Assembly: GCA_964648835.1 (NCBI GenBank)
Contig: CAZYLR010000001.1
Span: 1-41,714, forward strand
From: an uncultured Candidatus Saccharibacteria bacterium
GTDB lineage: Bacteria > Patescibacteriota > Minisyncoccia > Phycocordibacterales > Zambryskibacteraceae
Direction of reading: 5' to 3'
DNA length: 41,714 nucleotides
A program made the translations under genes and the position numbers. The number at the start of each line of letters is the position of its first letter. Position 1 is the first letter of the stretch. Shown here in pieces: positions 22,943-33,093 of the stretch. Under the pieces are notes generated by a model. That model was not told the DNA's origin. It saw nothing but the letters and a program-made list of their open reading frames with translations, and made no database searches.

Positions 22943-25287
22943 TTATATTTCAATTCTACTTGATGCCGTCCACCAGATAAAGGTAGTGCCATATAGATAT
23001 GGTTAGCCTTCAATATCTCCGTCTCGACACTATCCACATAGACATGCCAGCCAGGCAACCAAGCATTGCCGATGAAAAGCAGGGCATCTCTATCCAGATT
23101 GACTTCAAAATTTATAGAATCGTGACCGTAGTTTTGAGACAAAATTGCTTCCTCTGTTATGGAAATTTTTCCGTCCTGGTTCTCTAACTTGTCCATTGTT
23201 ACCTGGAAACTATCATCTCCGCTTAATATTGACTCATCAGAAGTCACGAAATTCCTAGGCCAATAGCCAGCTAACTCGTAAATACTGACTTTGGTTTTGC
23301 ACTCGCCAACCTCTTCCGAAAAAACTTTTTTGAAATCTGGATCGTTAATCTCATAAGCAGATATTACATATCTGACATTCATAGATTTCAGGATATTTTT
23401 CCTTACGACAAACTTTTTAAGCCTCTTTTCCATCGGGATACTTTCCCATGCTAGCGAGTAGTCTGCAGTAGTATGTTCCGAGCCGAGGTAACCGATCATT
23501 TCCGCCACGGCCAGAGGCATATACGGATCATAGCCATCGATGGAATCTAGGCCGTATTGCAGGTTAATGCTCGGCGTCAGAAGCTCTTTTTGTAGAGACA
23601 GCTCTTCAGAAATATCCTTACTGGAACATTCCACTCTTAAATTGTTATATATGATAATGCCGGTAAAAGGAGTAAAGATCCGAAATTCTTTTTCATCTTT
23701 AGAGTCAGATAAAATGAACCTGGCCGACATGGGAACAGACAATAATTCTTCTTTGCTTACAGAATTGAAATGTCGAGCATAGACAAATGTGAAATTTAAA
23801 GAAACGACAATTAAGGCTAGAGTTAGGAAAATCTCGGTACTAAATTTATTCATTCTTTTTAGAAGAAGGAAAGACAAAATGGCAAAGATAATAAAAATTA
23901 AAATATCCCACTGAAAAATGAAGACACTGGCTAAAGAATGGTCCAGATATTGTCTAACCAGGTTAAGATAATGTTCCTTCGGCAATCCGGCCGTGTCGCT
24001 ATACAAATTATTTAGAAAGTAGCCGTTGAGAAAAAACAGAATCTTTTCCGTAAAAAACACTTTAACGATGGAGCCCACGGTAATTATTGGAGCCAGGATA
24101 TACAGAAAAACTTTTTTAATAATGTTTAAATATGGGTCCAGTTTTTTAGAAACTTCCTCCTTGTTCTCTGTGATATATTCCAGAACAAAACCGACAATAA
24201 CGGCGGCAGCTAGATTCCCAATAAACATTATCCTTGAGCCCACCCTGAGAGAATCAAAAAACGGTATCTGATGCAATAAAAATCCTATGGGTGAATATTT
24301 TATGGAAGCCAAAAGACAGAAAACAAAAGTGCTAAGATATAAATAAAAATGTTTATTTTTTATCTTTCTAAAAACCAGAAACGTAAAAATTAGCAAGATA
24401 AAGGGCAGAATACCCACATATAAATTAGGAGATCCGGTCTGGATAATTGGATTTTTAAAGAATGGAAGAATGTAGTGTACTAGACCCTGTAGCGGATAAG
24501 AATTGAGCCAAAAATCAGACAAACTCAATCCTTCCGCCCGGGCAGTCACTTCTTTAAAACTAATAATAGCCCAGATTTGCGGCCAGCCTATAATTAAAGA
24601 GACCCCGTACACTGTAACTAAATTAACCAGTTGCTCTAAATAACCCTTTAAGCTTTTTTCTAAAAAAGCCCAGTATAAATAATAAACAGCCAAAAAAGCA
24701 TGGATATAAAGGACAAATTGGGAATGACCCGACAGCCAGCTAGCCCCTAAAAATATACCTGTCAGAGTGAGAAACAAGAATTTATGCTTCTTTTGCCTAA
24801 CAAATTCGGCAAAGTACAAAACTGCCGGCAAGATGAAGTAGTAGTTTGTATTGGTTAGAGTTGTGAACCACGCGATCATCTGCCCGGAAAAGATAAAAAT
24901 GGTAGAGACAATAGCAGAAACCAAAGGACTAAAGCCAATTTTTTTTGAATAAAAATAAGCAAAAACATAAGCTAAAAAGATGTTTATGATTATCAGAAAT
25001 CTATAAGTATCGAATGCATCAAAAAAAACAAACGTCAAATCATAAATGGGGTAAAACCATCCAGCGATGACAGAAACCGGCAGAGGAAACCCTGAAAGTA
25101 TCTGCTGGTTAATAAGCGGCTGCCCTTTCGATATATAATCCAGATATTGATAAAGAACGCGCGCGGTATCCCCGTCATATAGAATGCGGCCGCCGAAAAG
25201 CACATCTCGAAATAAAAAAATCAGCGGCAAGAAAGGCGCGGCTAGTGCGAGTTTCTTCAATCTCTCTTCGGTAAACACGGTAACCAT
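22939..25287 (-). CDS. YfhO-family polytopic membrane glycosyltransferase-like protein
   Basis: 782 aa with many TM segments, then a soluble C-terminal domain ending GNAWLPGWHVYVDSVETEILKANHIYMALPLSGGRHQVELKYK. This matches the YfhO C-terminal pattern (GW.a.vdG....i...N..f.gv.l..G.H.v...Y). Confidence 0.7.
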   Translation of the reverse strand: MVTVFTEERLKKLALAAPFLPLIFLFRDVLFGGRILYDGDTARVLYQYLDYISKGQPLINQQILSGFPLPVSVIAGWFYPIYDLTFVFFDAFDTYRFLIIINIFLAYVFAYFYSKKIGFSPLVSAIVSTIFIFSGQMIAWFTTLTNTNYYFILPAVLYFAEFVRQKKHKFLFLTLTGIFLGASWLSGHSQFVLYIHAFLAVYYLYWAFLEKSLKGYLEQLVNLVTVYGVSLIIGWPQIWAIISFKEVTARAEGLSLSDFWLNSYPLQGLVHYILPFFKNPIIQTGSPNLYVGILPFILLIFTFLVFRKIKNKHFYLYLSTFVFCLLASIKYSPIGFLLHQIPFFDSLRVGSRIMFIGNLAAAVIVGFVLEYITENKEEVSKKLDPYLNIIKKVFLYILAPIITVGSIVKVFFTEKILFFLNGYFLNNLYSDTAGLPKEHYLNLVRQYLDHSLASVFIFQWDILIFIIFAILSFLLLKRMNKFSTEIFLTLALIVVSLNFTFVYARHFNSVSKEELLSVPMSARFILSDSKDEKEFRIFTPFTGIIIYNNLRVECSSKDISEELSLQKELLTPSINLQYGLDSIDGYDPYMPLAVAEMIGYLGSEHTTADYSLAWESIPMEKRLKKFVVRKNILKSMNVRYVISAYEINDPDFKKVFSEEVGECKTKVSIYELAGYWPRNFVTSDESILSGDDSFQVTMDKLENQDGKISITEEAILSQNYGHDSINFEVNLDRDALLFIGNAWLPGWHVYVDSVETEILKANHIYMALPLSGGRHQVELKYK

Positions 25288-25330
25288 ATTAACCTATTTT
25301 CCAGGTAATAAAAGAGTATAATGGCAGATC

Positions 25331-25726
25331 ATGAGCATCCCCAGGCAGGCAGTGAAATACGTCATTTCAGGCGGTCTTGCTGTCGTGGCTAACCTCGTAG
25401 TTTTATATGTCTTAACTGAATTATTCGGAATATGGTATATAACATCGGCGGCGATCGCATTTGTTTTCGCTTTTTTTACAAGCTTCACTCTTCAAAAACT
25501 CTGGACATTCGAGGACAAGGGTATGACTTTTGTCCATCGACAAATTATACGGACCGTGGGAGTGACAACTGTTAGTTTAGGAGTAAATGTCGTTGGAATT
25601 TATTTTTTGGTAACAAAGTTGGGAATGTGGTATATGCTAGCCCAAATAATAATACTGGGGCTAATAGCAACGGCTAGCTTTTTTGTATACAAATATCTAA
25701 TCTTTACGTCCAATAACAACAGCTGA
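25331..25726 (+). CDS. GtrA-family small membrane protein
   Basis: 131 aa with 4 TM segments. VKYVISGGLAVVANLVVLYVLTE and FFTSFTLQKLWTF are GtrA-like. Confidence 0.8.
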   Translation: MSIPRQAVKYVISGGLAVVANLVVLYVLTELFGIWYITSAAIAFVFAFFTSFTLQKLWTFEDKGMTFVHRQIIRTVGVTTVSLGVNVVGIYFLVTKLGMWYMLAQIIILGLIATASFFVYKYLIFTSNNNS

Positions 25727-26446
25727 AATCCCGAAGGGAAAATTGACATATTTAAGCAATACTGACTCTAAGAAAAAGATGCCATACAGGATTTTATTAA
25801 CTATCCAAATATCATTGATAACATTACGGCTTACCTCGTTTTCCAATTTCATTGGCAGATGAAAGCCCTTCATGAGCAACTTGACTAAGAATACCGGTGG
25901 GAATAGAAAAGTGTTGAAATAAGATGATTTAAAGACAGAAAAACCGCTTCTCTCGATTTTCGATTTTAATTCGTGTAACCGATATCTTCGATAATGGTGG
26001 AAGAAAATATCGGTAGGACCCCATAAAAACTTAAAAGCCGGTACCGTGACGATGACCGTTCCGCCCGAGCGGAGTACGCGCCTCATTTCAGCTATCGCGC
26101 CGATATCATCTTTAACATGCTCTATCACATCAAGAGCAAGGACGACGTCAAACTGATCGTTTGCATGCGGGATACAGAGAGCATCGCCTTGTTCTATGTT
26201 TTTGATGCCTCGTTTTTTACATAAGTTTACAGCTCTTTCCGAGACATCAACTCCGTAATATTCTCCTATGGCTTCAATCTCCTTGGCCATGGCACCTGTC
26301 CCGCAACCAAGGTCTAAAATTTTTTGTTTCATACTGGAAGCACGGCTGTACTTTTTAATGAGACTGAGTGCGATTTTTCTTCTTCCTTTGTCCCACCAGT
26401 GATTCAGCTCACTTTCATACATTAACTCATAAGCGGAATCTTCCAT
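25697..26446 (-). CDS. Class I SAM-dependent methyltransferase
   Basis: ILDLGCGTGAMA (motif I) and FDVVLALDVIEHVKDD. Confidence 0.8.
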   Translation of the reverse strand: MEDSAYELMYESELNHWWDKGRRKIALSLIKKYSRASSMKQKILDLGCGTGAMAKEIEAIGEYYGVDVSERAVNLCKKRGIKNIEQGDALCIPHANDQFDVVLALDVIEHVKDDIGAIAEMRRVLRSGGTVIVTVPAFKFLWGPTDIFFHHYRRYRLHELKSKIERSGFSVFKSSYFNTFLFPPVFLVKLLMKGFHLPMKLENEVSRNVINDIWIVNKILYGIFFLESVLLKYVNFPFGISAVVIGRKD

Positions 26447-26470
26447 AAAACTATATCTTTGATTGTATTT

Positions 26471-27238
26471 TTACTTTTTGCCGACGACAATCCAGCCACT
26501 GTTATTGGAAGGACGATAAATATCAAATTCTTTAAGCCCGATATTGCTTACCAACTCTCTTACTTCTTCCTTTGTCCAATAATTGGCAACTTCTGGAATC
26601 ATTTGGTCAAAGGTATTCAGGTGAATAAACCAGTAAGGCATCTCTGATAGTTGTTTAAAATACGAACCCGGACCTTTAAATATCTTAACAAAAATCCAAA
26701 GAGGTATAGAGAAAAGATGCGCAAATACATGGACTAATGGCAATGGCAATCTTGAGGTAATATATTTTCTAAGCGGGTTAAGAAACCACAGGAGCCATCC
26801 GAAACCCTCATAACCGTACACCCATATCAAGAAGGTTCCTTCCGGCTTGAGCGCCTTGACCATATTAGAGACAGCCAATTTGGGATATTCAAGATGGTGA
26901 ATGACGCCGATGCTGAAAACGAGATCGAATTCATCTCTCCATTTCATGTCAAAAGCACTTTCAAACAAAACCTCCGCATTTTTAAATTCCTTCAGGGTAT
27001 TGCGCGCGGCCGCGACAGACCGGCCGTCGTAATCAAACGCCACCACGCTTGCCGCTCCCCACTTCAAAACCCAGTAACTTAATCTGCCCATGCCGCAACC
27101 GACATCCAGAACTCTCTTGCCTTCAAAATCTTCCGGTGTTAGCGGTCCAATCCAGTTTATTAGCCAGTCTTCATAAAATGACACCGGTCTGCTGTATCTG
27201 TTCCATTGATAGCCGAACCTTTCGCTCGTTACAGACAT
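26471..27238 (-). CDS. Class I SAM-dependent methyltransferase
   Basis: VLDVGCGMGRLS (motif I) and FDLVFSIGVIHHLEYP. Confidence 0.8.
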   Translation of the reverse strand: MSVTSERFGYQWNRYSRPVSFYEDWLINWIGPLTPEDFEGKRVLDVGCGMGRLSYWVLKWGAASVVAFDYDGRSVAAARNTLKEFKNAEVLFESAFDMKWRDEFDLVFSIGVIHHLEYPKLAVSNMVKALKPEGTFLIWVYGYEGFGWLLWFLNPLRKYITSRLPLPLVHVFAHLFSIPLWIFVKIFKGPGSYFKQLSEMPYWFIHLNTFDQMIPEVANYWTKEEVRELVSNIGLKEFDIYRPSNNSGWIVVGKK

Positions 27239-27278
27239 AATTGGTGATTATAATCATTTTCTCTTATACTATCAAGTA

Positions 27279-28079
27279 ATGGAGAAATACCTCATTGTAA
27301 ATGCCGATGATTTCGGATTAAGCGCGGAAATAAACGAGGGTATCATAGATTCTTTCAAGAACGGCTGCGTTACCAGTGCTTCCATAATAACGACGGAAGA
27401 TAATTTTCATGATGCCATAGAGAAAATAAGGGCAAATCCGCTATTGGACATAGGTATACATTTAAACATTTTTAGAGGCAAAGCTAAAAACAGCCTGCTG
27501 TCGCTTTTTCTAAAAAGACTATTTGATAAACAAAGATTAAGAAAGAAAATCTACGTAGAGTTTGAAAACCAAATCAAAAAAGCTATCGACCAGAAAATAA
27601 TCATAAGCCACTTGGATACGGAGAAACATTTGCATATATTCCCCTTTATCTTGGAAATAGTGCTTGACTTGGCCCAGAAATACAATATTAAAAGCGTGCG
27701 CTTCCCTTTTGAAAAAATGGTTTTAAAAAAAATCAGCCCTAGACAACTACTAAAGATATTTTTCAGTCATTTGTTTTATAAAAAATGTTATTCATTATTT
27801 GATCAAAGTGGAATTATCCATCCAGATTTCTTTTATGGAGTCTCATTGAGTAACAGGTTTTCAGTAGACAACTTAAAGAGATTTGTGGATAATCTTAAAC
27901 CGGGTATTAGCGAGCTATCTTGCCACCCGTCCTATAGAACGCAGTATATCTCATCTTTTATAGACAGTAGTAATCGTGATGAAGAGCGAGAAACCCTAAC
28001 CAGTCCAGAACTCTTAAGTCACATAAAAGAGAGGGATATCGTTCTGGTCAACTATGGAGTTTTCAACACCCACAACTAA
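27279..28079 (+). CDS. ChbG/HpnK (YdjC) family carbohydrate deacetylase
   Basis: LIVNADDFGLSAEINEGIIDSFKNGCVTSASII is the YdjC signature (NADDfG.s..vN.gI......G.vtS.s.m). The downstream motif is HLDTEKHLH. Confidence 0.85.
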   Translation: MEKYLIVNADDFGLSAEINEGIIDSFKNGCVTSASIITTEDNFHDAIEKIRANPLLDIGIHLNIFRGKAKNSLLSLFLKRLFDKQRLRKKIYVEFENQIKKAIDQKIIISHLDTEKHLHIFPFILEIVLDLAQKYNIKSVRFPFEKMVLKKISPRQLLKIFFSHLFYKKCYSLFDQSGIIHPDFFYGVSLSNRFSVDNLKRFVDNLKPGISELSCHPSYRTQYISSFIDSSNRDEERETLTSPELLSHIKERDIVLVNYGVFNTHN

Positions 28080-29043
28080 TATGGATAATGTTCTCAAGAA
28101 AGTAAGTATCGTTATACCAATGCACAATGAAGAGGGAAACGCCATGGCCCTTTACGGTGAATTAAAAGAAGCCATGGCTAAGGAAAACAGAGATTATGAG
28201 ATCATTTTTGTAGACGACTATAGCTACGACAATACATTTAAAATACTGGAGGATATTTTTAAAAAAGACAAACACGTCCAGGTTATCTCTTTGATGGGAA
28301 ATCAGGGCAAGGCAGTAGCTCTTAATGCTGGGTTAAAACATGTCTCTGGTGACATCGTCCTCATCATGGATGGTGATGGCCAACATAATCCAGCTTATAT
28401 TCCAGAATTTATTTCAGCTATACAGGAAGGTTATGATGTCGCTAGTGGTTGGAAAAAAGAAGACAAAGGAAGAAGTAAATTCAAATCTATTCTCCACAAT
28501 AATATCAACAGGATCATTGGCAAAATTATGGGGGTAAAGATGAAATATTTTGGAGTAGCTATGAAAGCCTATCGGAAAGAGTTAATTCAGCGTCTAGAGC
28601 TCTCCGGTGACCTGCATAGGTTCGCCGGCGTGATGGTTTATTATAAAGGAATTAATATCAAAGAAATTCCAATCAAAATTCGGGCTAGAGAAAATGGCTC
28701 CTCAAAATACAGTTTTGGGAAGATAGTAGGAAAGGTCTTCCTGGATATCGTCTTGGTCAAGTTCTTAACAAAATATTCGAGGACGCCATTCAAAATTTTC
28801 GGACCCATAGGCTTTATCTTAGGCATACTCGGAATATTAGGGGTAGGATACATCGCCATAAATAAATACTTCTTTGGTATATCTGCTTTTTATGATATAT
28901 CCATCTTACTCCTCTCAGCTGTTGCAATCATCATAGGTATCCAGTTTATCTTTTTCGGATTAATTGCTGAACTAATTTCTCGTATCTACTACAACCCTGA
29001 TAACAAGGCGACAGTTCTGATAAAAACTTCCCTTAAACACTAG
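28054..29043 (+). CDS. GT2 family polyprenyl-phosphate glycosyltransferase-like enzyme (GtrB/ArnC/DPM1-like, C-terminal TM pair)
   Basis: VSIVIPMHNEEGN, YEIIFVDDYSYDNT and LIMDGDGQH (the DxD region), plus two C-terminal TM helices. The more likely start is ATG 28081, directly after the upstream TAA (28077-28079). Confidence 0.8.
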   Translation: MEFSTPTTNMDNVLKKVSIVIPMHNEEGNAMALYGELKEAMAKENRDYEIIFVDDYSYDNTFKILEDIFKKDKHVQVISLMGNQGKAVALNAGLKHVSGDIVLIMDGDGQHNPAYIPEFISAIQEGYDVASGWKKEDKGRSKFKSILHNNINRIIGKIMGVKMKYFGVAMKAYRKELIQRLELSGDLHRFAGVMVYYKGINIKEIPIKIRARENGSSKYSFGKIVGKVFLDIVLVKFLTKYSRTPFKIFGPIGFILGILGILGVGYIAINKYFFGISAFYDISILLLSAVAIIIGIQFIFFGLIAELISRIYYNPDNKATVLIKTSLKH

Positions 29044-30895
29044 TTTTATTCAAAAATTTATCTGCCCATAGTTGAAAAGTAAGGAGCGTCCAAAGTTTTT
29101 TGTGATTATTTCTCTTCCCGGAAAGATGCTCTACAATAATCTTTTGGACACGGTCCGGGTTAAATATTTTTTGTCTCGTAATCCTCTCTCGTGAAAGCAT
29201 GTCCAGAAGCAGAGGTTTCAAATCTTTTTTAAGCCATTCGGAAACCGGCACGCCGAAACCTTTCTTTTTTCGATAAACAATATTTTGTGGTAACTTATCT
29301 TTCATTAATTCTTTCAAAATATATTTAGTGATAAATCCATGGAGTTTATATTCATAAGGAAGAGTGATTAGAAACTCCACAATCTCTGTGCCCAAAAATG
29401 GTGCACGCACTTCAAGCGCATAACACATGCTTGCACTATCTGTCTTAGCCAACAAACAGTCCATCAGATAAGAATGCAGATAACTATTTAAGATATCCTG
29501 GGGGAGATGGGCATCACCACTTGGATAAGGATAAACTTTGACCATCTCTTGGTAGGTGTCTGGTATCAGGAGATCTGGGAGTTCCTCTTTACTAAAGGCC
29601 TGGAGCCACCGGCCATGTCTTTCTAAAGGCGCGAAATTAGCGCCTTCGATAAATTTTTGCAATTTGAAGGAAAGACTGAAATGTTTATCAGACGCCGGCA
29701 GAGAGTTAATAAGCGGTTCAATTAAACGATCCCTGATACCGGAAGGAATACTTTGGTATAAGGAAACTAACTTATCTGCTTGAAAAGTGTTATACCCAGC
29801 CAAAAGCTCGTCTCCCCCATCACCCCCCAGAGCCACTGTTACTCTTTGTCGAGTGAATTTTGAGAGAAGAAGTGTAGGAATAATGGTAGGGTCAGCCAGA
29901 GGTTCTCCCAAAACTGAGACCGATTCGAGGAGGACATTAAGAGAGTCTTGAGCAGTTACTCTTTGGTGATAATGAGCTGTTCCCAAAAAAGTTGCCACCT
30001 GCTCGGCATAAGCAGATTCGTCAAAAGACTCTTCCTCAAACCCGATAGAAAATGTCTTAATCTTCTGACTAGATGCCTTTTGAGCATAATAAGCGATTGT
30101 GGAACTGTCTATCCCCCCGCTTAGGAAAATTCCCACCGGCACATCGGCGGCTAACCTGTCACCAATGCCTTTTTCCAGCAGTTTATCAAAGCCGCTTAAT
30201 GCTTCTTCGAAAGAGATGCTAGCGGCTCCAGCAGGAATATTCCAGAAAAACTTTTTCCCGACTCTCCCTTCTCGATACAAGAGATAATGTGCCGGTTCCA
30301 GTTTATATATTCCCTTAAAAATGGAGCGCGGCGTCGGCACATATTCTCGAGTCAAATATTGCGCCAAAGATTCCAAATCAAGCTCGTGTTTAACTAAAGG
30401 ATGCGCCAACAGAGTGCCGGGTTCAGAGCCAAAGACGAAAGTATCATCGAATATACCCCAGTACAACGGCTTCTCCCCTATCCTATCCCGGGCCAAAAGT
30501 AATGTTCTCTTTTTAAAGTCATAGATGGCAATAGCAAACATGCCATCCAATTTTTCAAAACAGTCCTCACCAAATTCTTCATATAAGTGCAGTACCACCT
30601 CAGTATCTGATTTGGATTGGAAGTGATATTTCTGCTCTAAATTAAAATTTTTCTTAAGCTCTTTGAAATTATAAATCTCTCCATTGAAGATGATGGCCAC
30701 ATCTTTCCTATCATTCCACATTGGCTGGTGCCCTGCCGGACTTAAATCAAAAATACTTAAACGCGTATGCCCGAAACCCACCCCGTCTTTCAAAAAATGA
30801 CCGCGATCATCTGGCCCGCGATGCCGGATGACATCCGTCATGGTTAATAAGTCCTTTTGACTGCCCTTACCGACAAATCCACTAATTCCACACAT
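29033..30895 (-). CDS. asnB: Asparagine synthase (glutamine-hydrolysing) family amidotransferase
   Basis: MCGISGF (N-terminal Cys nucleophile), RGPDD and the PP-loop FLSGGIDSS. Length is 620 aa. Confidence 0.85.
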   Translation of the reverse strand: MCGISGFVGKGSQKDLLTMTDVIRHRGPDDRGHFLKDGVGFGHTRLSIFDLSPAGHQPMWNDRKDVAIIFNGEIYNFKELKKNFNLEQKYHFQSKSDTEVVLHLYEEFGEDCFEKLDGMFAIAIYDFKKRTLLLARDRIGEKPLYWGIFDDTFVFGSEPGTLLAHPLVKHELDLESLAQYLTREYVPTPRSIFKGIYKLEPAHYLLYREGRVGKKFFWNIPAGAASISFEEALSGFDKLLEKGIGDRLAADVPVGIFLSGGIDSSTIAYYAQKASSQKIKTFSIGFEEESFDESAYAEQVATFLGTAHYHQRVTAQDSLNVLLESVSVLGEPLADPTIIPTLLLSKFTRQRVTVALGGDGGDELLAGYNTFQADKLVSLYQSIPSGIRDRLIEPLINSLPASDKHFSLSFKLQKFIEGANFAPLERHGRWLQAFSKEELPDLLIPDTYQEMVKVYPYPSGDAHLPQDILNSYLHSYLMDCLLAKTDSASMCYALEVRAPFLGTEIVEFLITLPYEYKLHGFITKYILKELMKDKLPQNIVYRKKKGFGVPVSEWLKKDLKPLLLDMLSRERITRQKIFNPDRVQKIIVEHLSGKRNNHKKLWTLLTFQLWADKFLNKTSV

Positions 30896-30958
30896 ATTAT
30901 TTATTTATATTAGAAATATTATTACTCCCGTCAATTGAGCTATCGATTAGAACTTTCA

Positions 30959-32089
30959 TTATTGCTTTATTATGTCAGAGATTAACAAATCTATCTCATT
31001 ATTTACAATCGATACAGGAGTGCACTTGGCTTGGCGCTTGACCTCTTCAGTATCGTAAACGCGGGCATTCATGACGAAAAGCTCCGGGCCCTTGCGCGAG
31101 GGCACGATCACTTTGTGGAAACGGCTAATCGGAGGTTGCTCATTTTCATCCACAGGGCCGACAATATCTATTGTTGGTACCCCAAATGCTTCCGCAATAT
31201 AGATCGGCCCCGTATCTGCTGAAATAAAAAGCTTGAGTTTAGAGATAAAAGCCTTTGTCTCTTCAATGTTAAGTCTGCCAACCAAGTTAATAACTCTGGT
31301 ATCATGGCCTAAATGATTGAACATAACATTCGCCTCTTCATTATCATTTGGACCACCGATAATAACGACCGTAGCCTTATGTTTATCGCTTAAATGATCC
31401 GCCACTGAAGAAAATTTCTCCGCGGGCCATTGCTTTATTCGGTTTCCAGCCGAAGGTGATATACCGACAGGAAAATCCACACCATCGATGAAAACAGAGA
31501 CTGACTCTGCCGCTTTCTCTGAATAATACAGGTGTTTTTTGGTGTCATCAGTGAAGACTCCTATCGGCTCCAAAAGCTTCAAGTACTCCCTGGGAGCATA
31601 GGATCTCATCCGGTGAGGCTTTGCTATGACTAATTTTCTCAATAAACGATATGATCTCGTTTCATACGGACTCCAGCCGTTTTCTATCCTGGGAGCCGAA
31701 ATCATTGGAATATTTGCGAGAAGAATAAGCGACAAGGCATCAAAACCGGGTGCAGTTACACATCCAAAATCGAATTTTCCTTTTTTTATATCATTCAAAA
31801 TGGAAAAAGGATATTTCTTATCCCACACGATATACTCGTCAACATCACGATTCCCCGCCAAAAGTTCCTTATTGACGACATTCCCCACCACAGTAATCCT
31901 GGCTTCGGGATAGGTTTTTTTGACCGCTCGGAACATTGGCGTGGTGCAAACCATGTCTCCCAATTTTGCCAACTGGATAATAAGAACTTTGGGAGAATTT
32001 ACCCGAGGCTGATTCTTTGGCTTCTGGCGGAAATAACTTAAGAAATAGCAGGTTGCCAAGATTAGGACTATCCTAAAAAAAATTTTCAT
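30959..32089 (-). CDS. Glycosyltransferase family 9 (heptosyltransferase-like) with N-terminal membrane anchor
   Basis: VLIIQLAKLGDMVCTTPMFRAVKKTYPEARITVVG matches the GT9 N-terminal pattern (iLii....iGD.v...p...alk..yP.a.i..l). ISADTGPIYIAEAFGVPTI matches the GT9 C-terminal pattern (i.nDsGpmHlAaAlg.P.v). Confidence 0.8.
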   Translation of the reverse strand: MKIFFRIVLILATCYFLSYFRQKPKNQPRVNSPKVLIIQLAKLGDMVCTTPMFRAVKKTYPEARITVVGNVVNKELLAGNRDVDEYIVWDKKYPFSILNDIKKGKFDFGCVTAPGFDALSLILLANIPMISAPRIENGWSPYETRSYRLLRKLVIAKPHRMRSYAPREYLKLLEPIGVFTDDTKKHLYYSEKAAESVSVFIDGVDFPVGISPSAGNRIKQWPAEKFSSVADHLSDKHKATVVIIGGPNDNEEANVMFNHLGHDTRVINLVGRLNIEETKAFISKLKLFISADTGPIYIAEAFGVPTIDIVGPVDENEQPPISRFHKVIVPSRKGPELFVMNARVYDTEEVKRQAKCTPVSIVNNEIDLLISDIIKQ

Positions 32090-33042
32090 TTGTTAAGATA
32101 CTTTTTTAACTCTTCAAGCGTCACAGCCGTAGTGCCACGCTTCGTGACAGAAAGAGTGCTGACAACATTGGCAATCTGAGCAGACCTTTCCGGAGATTGG
32201 CCCGCTGCAATTAAGATAGAGAGAGCGGCCAGAGCCGTATCACCCGCGCCAATACCGTCTCTTTTGACGACCCTCAAACCTTTTATATCCAAATAATTCT
32301 TGTCTTCCTTTTTACACAAAAGCATTCCTTTAGCCCCTCGTGTAACCAGCACATGGGCACCCAGCATAGAAGATATCTTACTGGCAGCGAGCCTTAAATT
32401 GTTTGTACCTGCCATCTCCACTGCTTCATTGTTGTTTGGCTTTACAATAGTCACCCCCTTAAACCAAAGCATATTTTGCGGCTTTACATCAGCAATGATT
32501 GGGATTTTATTTCTGACCGCAAGACGAATAATTGCATGGACCAAATGCTTAGATAATGTCCCCTTCTTATAATCGGAGAGAACAATGGCATCGTAGGATG
32601 AAATACGTTTTTGTATCAATTGAAAAAGTTTTTTGGAAAGAACCGGCGCGACCATCTTGTCAGTTTCCTTGTCGAGTCTGATGAGATATTTACTGTTTCC
32701 GAAAATTCTGGCCTTCAGTGTAGACATCCGTTTCTTATCCACCAGAATATGACTTTTTATCTTTGACTTGACTAGTAATCGATTAATCGTTTTGCCAATA
32801 TCGTCTTGGCCAACAATAGAAAAAAGTTCTGGCTTACTGCCAAGAGCTTTGATATTGACAGCTACATTTGCTGCTCCACCCAAGATATCGTTCTCTTTAT
32901 GCCAAAGCACAATTGATGCGTCAGCTTCGGGAGATTTCCGGGTAACTGTGCCTTCAAGGAAACGGTCCAACATTATATCTCCTACAACTGCAATCCTTTT
33001 ATTGTGAAATGAACCAAGCCCCCTCTGATCACTAGTGTCCAT
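32086..33042 (-). CDS. hldA: D-glycero-beta-D-manno-heptose-7-phosphate kinase (RfaE/HldE domain I, PfkB family)
   Basis: RIAVVGDIMLDRFLEGTVTRKSPEADASIVLWHKENDILGGAANVAVNIKALG parallels HldE-I (vlVvGDvMLDrYw.G.v.RiSPEAPvPVv......e.pGGAANVa.Ni..LG). The C-terminal motif is GAGDTA. Confidence 0.8.
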   Translation of the reverse strand: MDTSDQRGLGSFHNKRIAVVGDIMLDRFLEGTVTRKSPEADASIVLWHKENDILGGAANVAVNIKALGSKPELFSIVGQDDIGKTINRLLVKSKIKSHILVDKKRMSTLKARIFGNSKYLIRLDKETDKMVAPVLSKKLFQLIQKRISSYDAIVLSDYKKGTLSKHLVHAIIRLAVRNKIPIIADVKPQNMLWFKGVTIVKPNNNEAVEMAGTNNLRLAASKISSMLGAHVLVTRGAKGMLLCKKEDKNYLDIKGLRVVKRDGIGAGDTALAALSILIAAGQSPERSAQIANVVSTLSVTKRGTTAVTLEELKKYLNK

Positions 33043-33093
33043 AAGAGGCTATGATAGTATAAATGCTGCAATGATAAAAGCCTATTTAGAAAA

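Noticed and set aside
28054-28080. N-terminal extension MEFSTPTTN of the GT2 gene (the track's start at 28054)
   Set aside because: It overlaps the end of the YdjC gene. ATG 28081 follows the upstream TAA directly and begins the conserved MDNVLKKVSIVIPMHNE region. The track coordinates are kept for the feature, but the later start is favoured.
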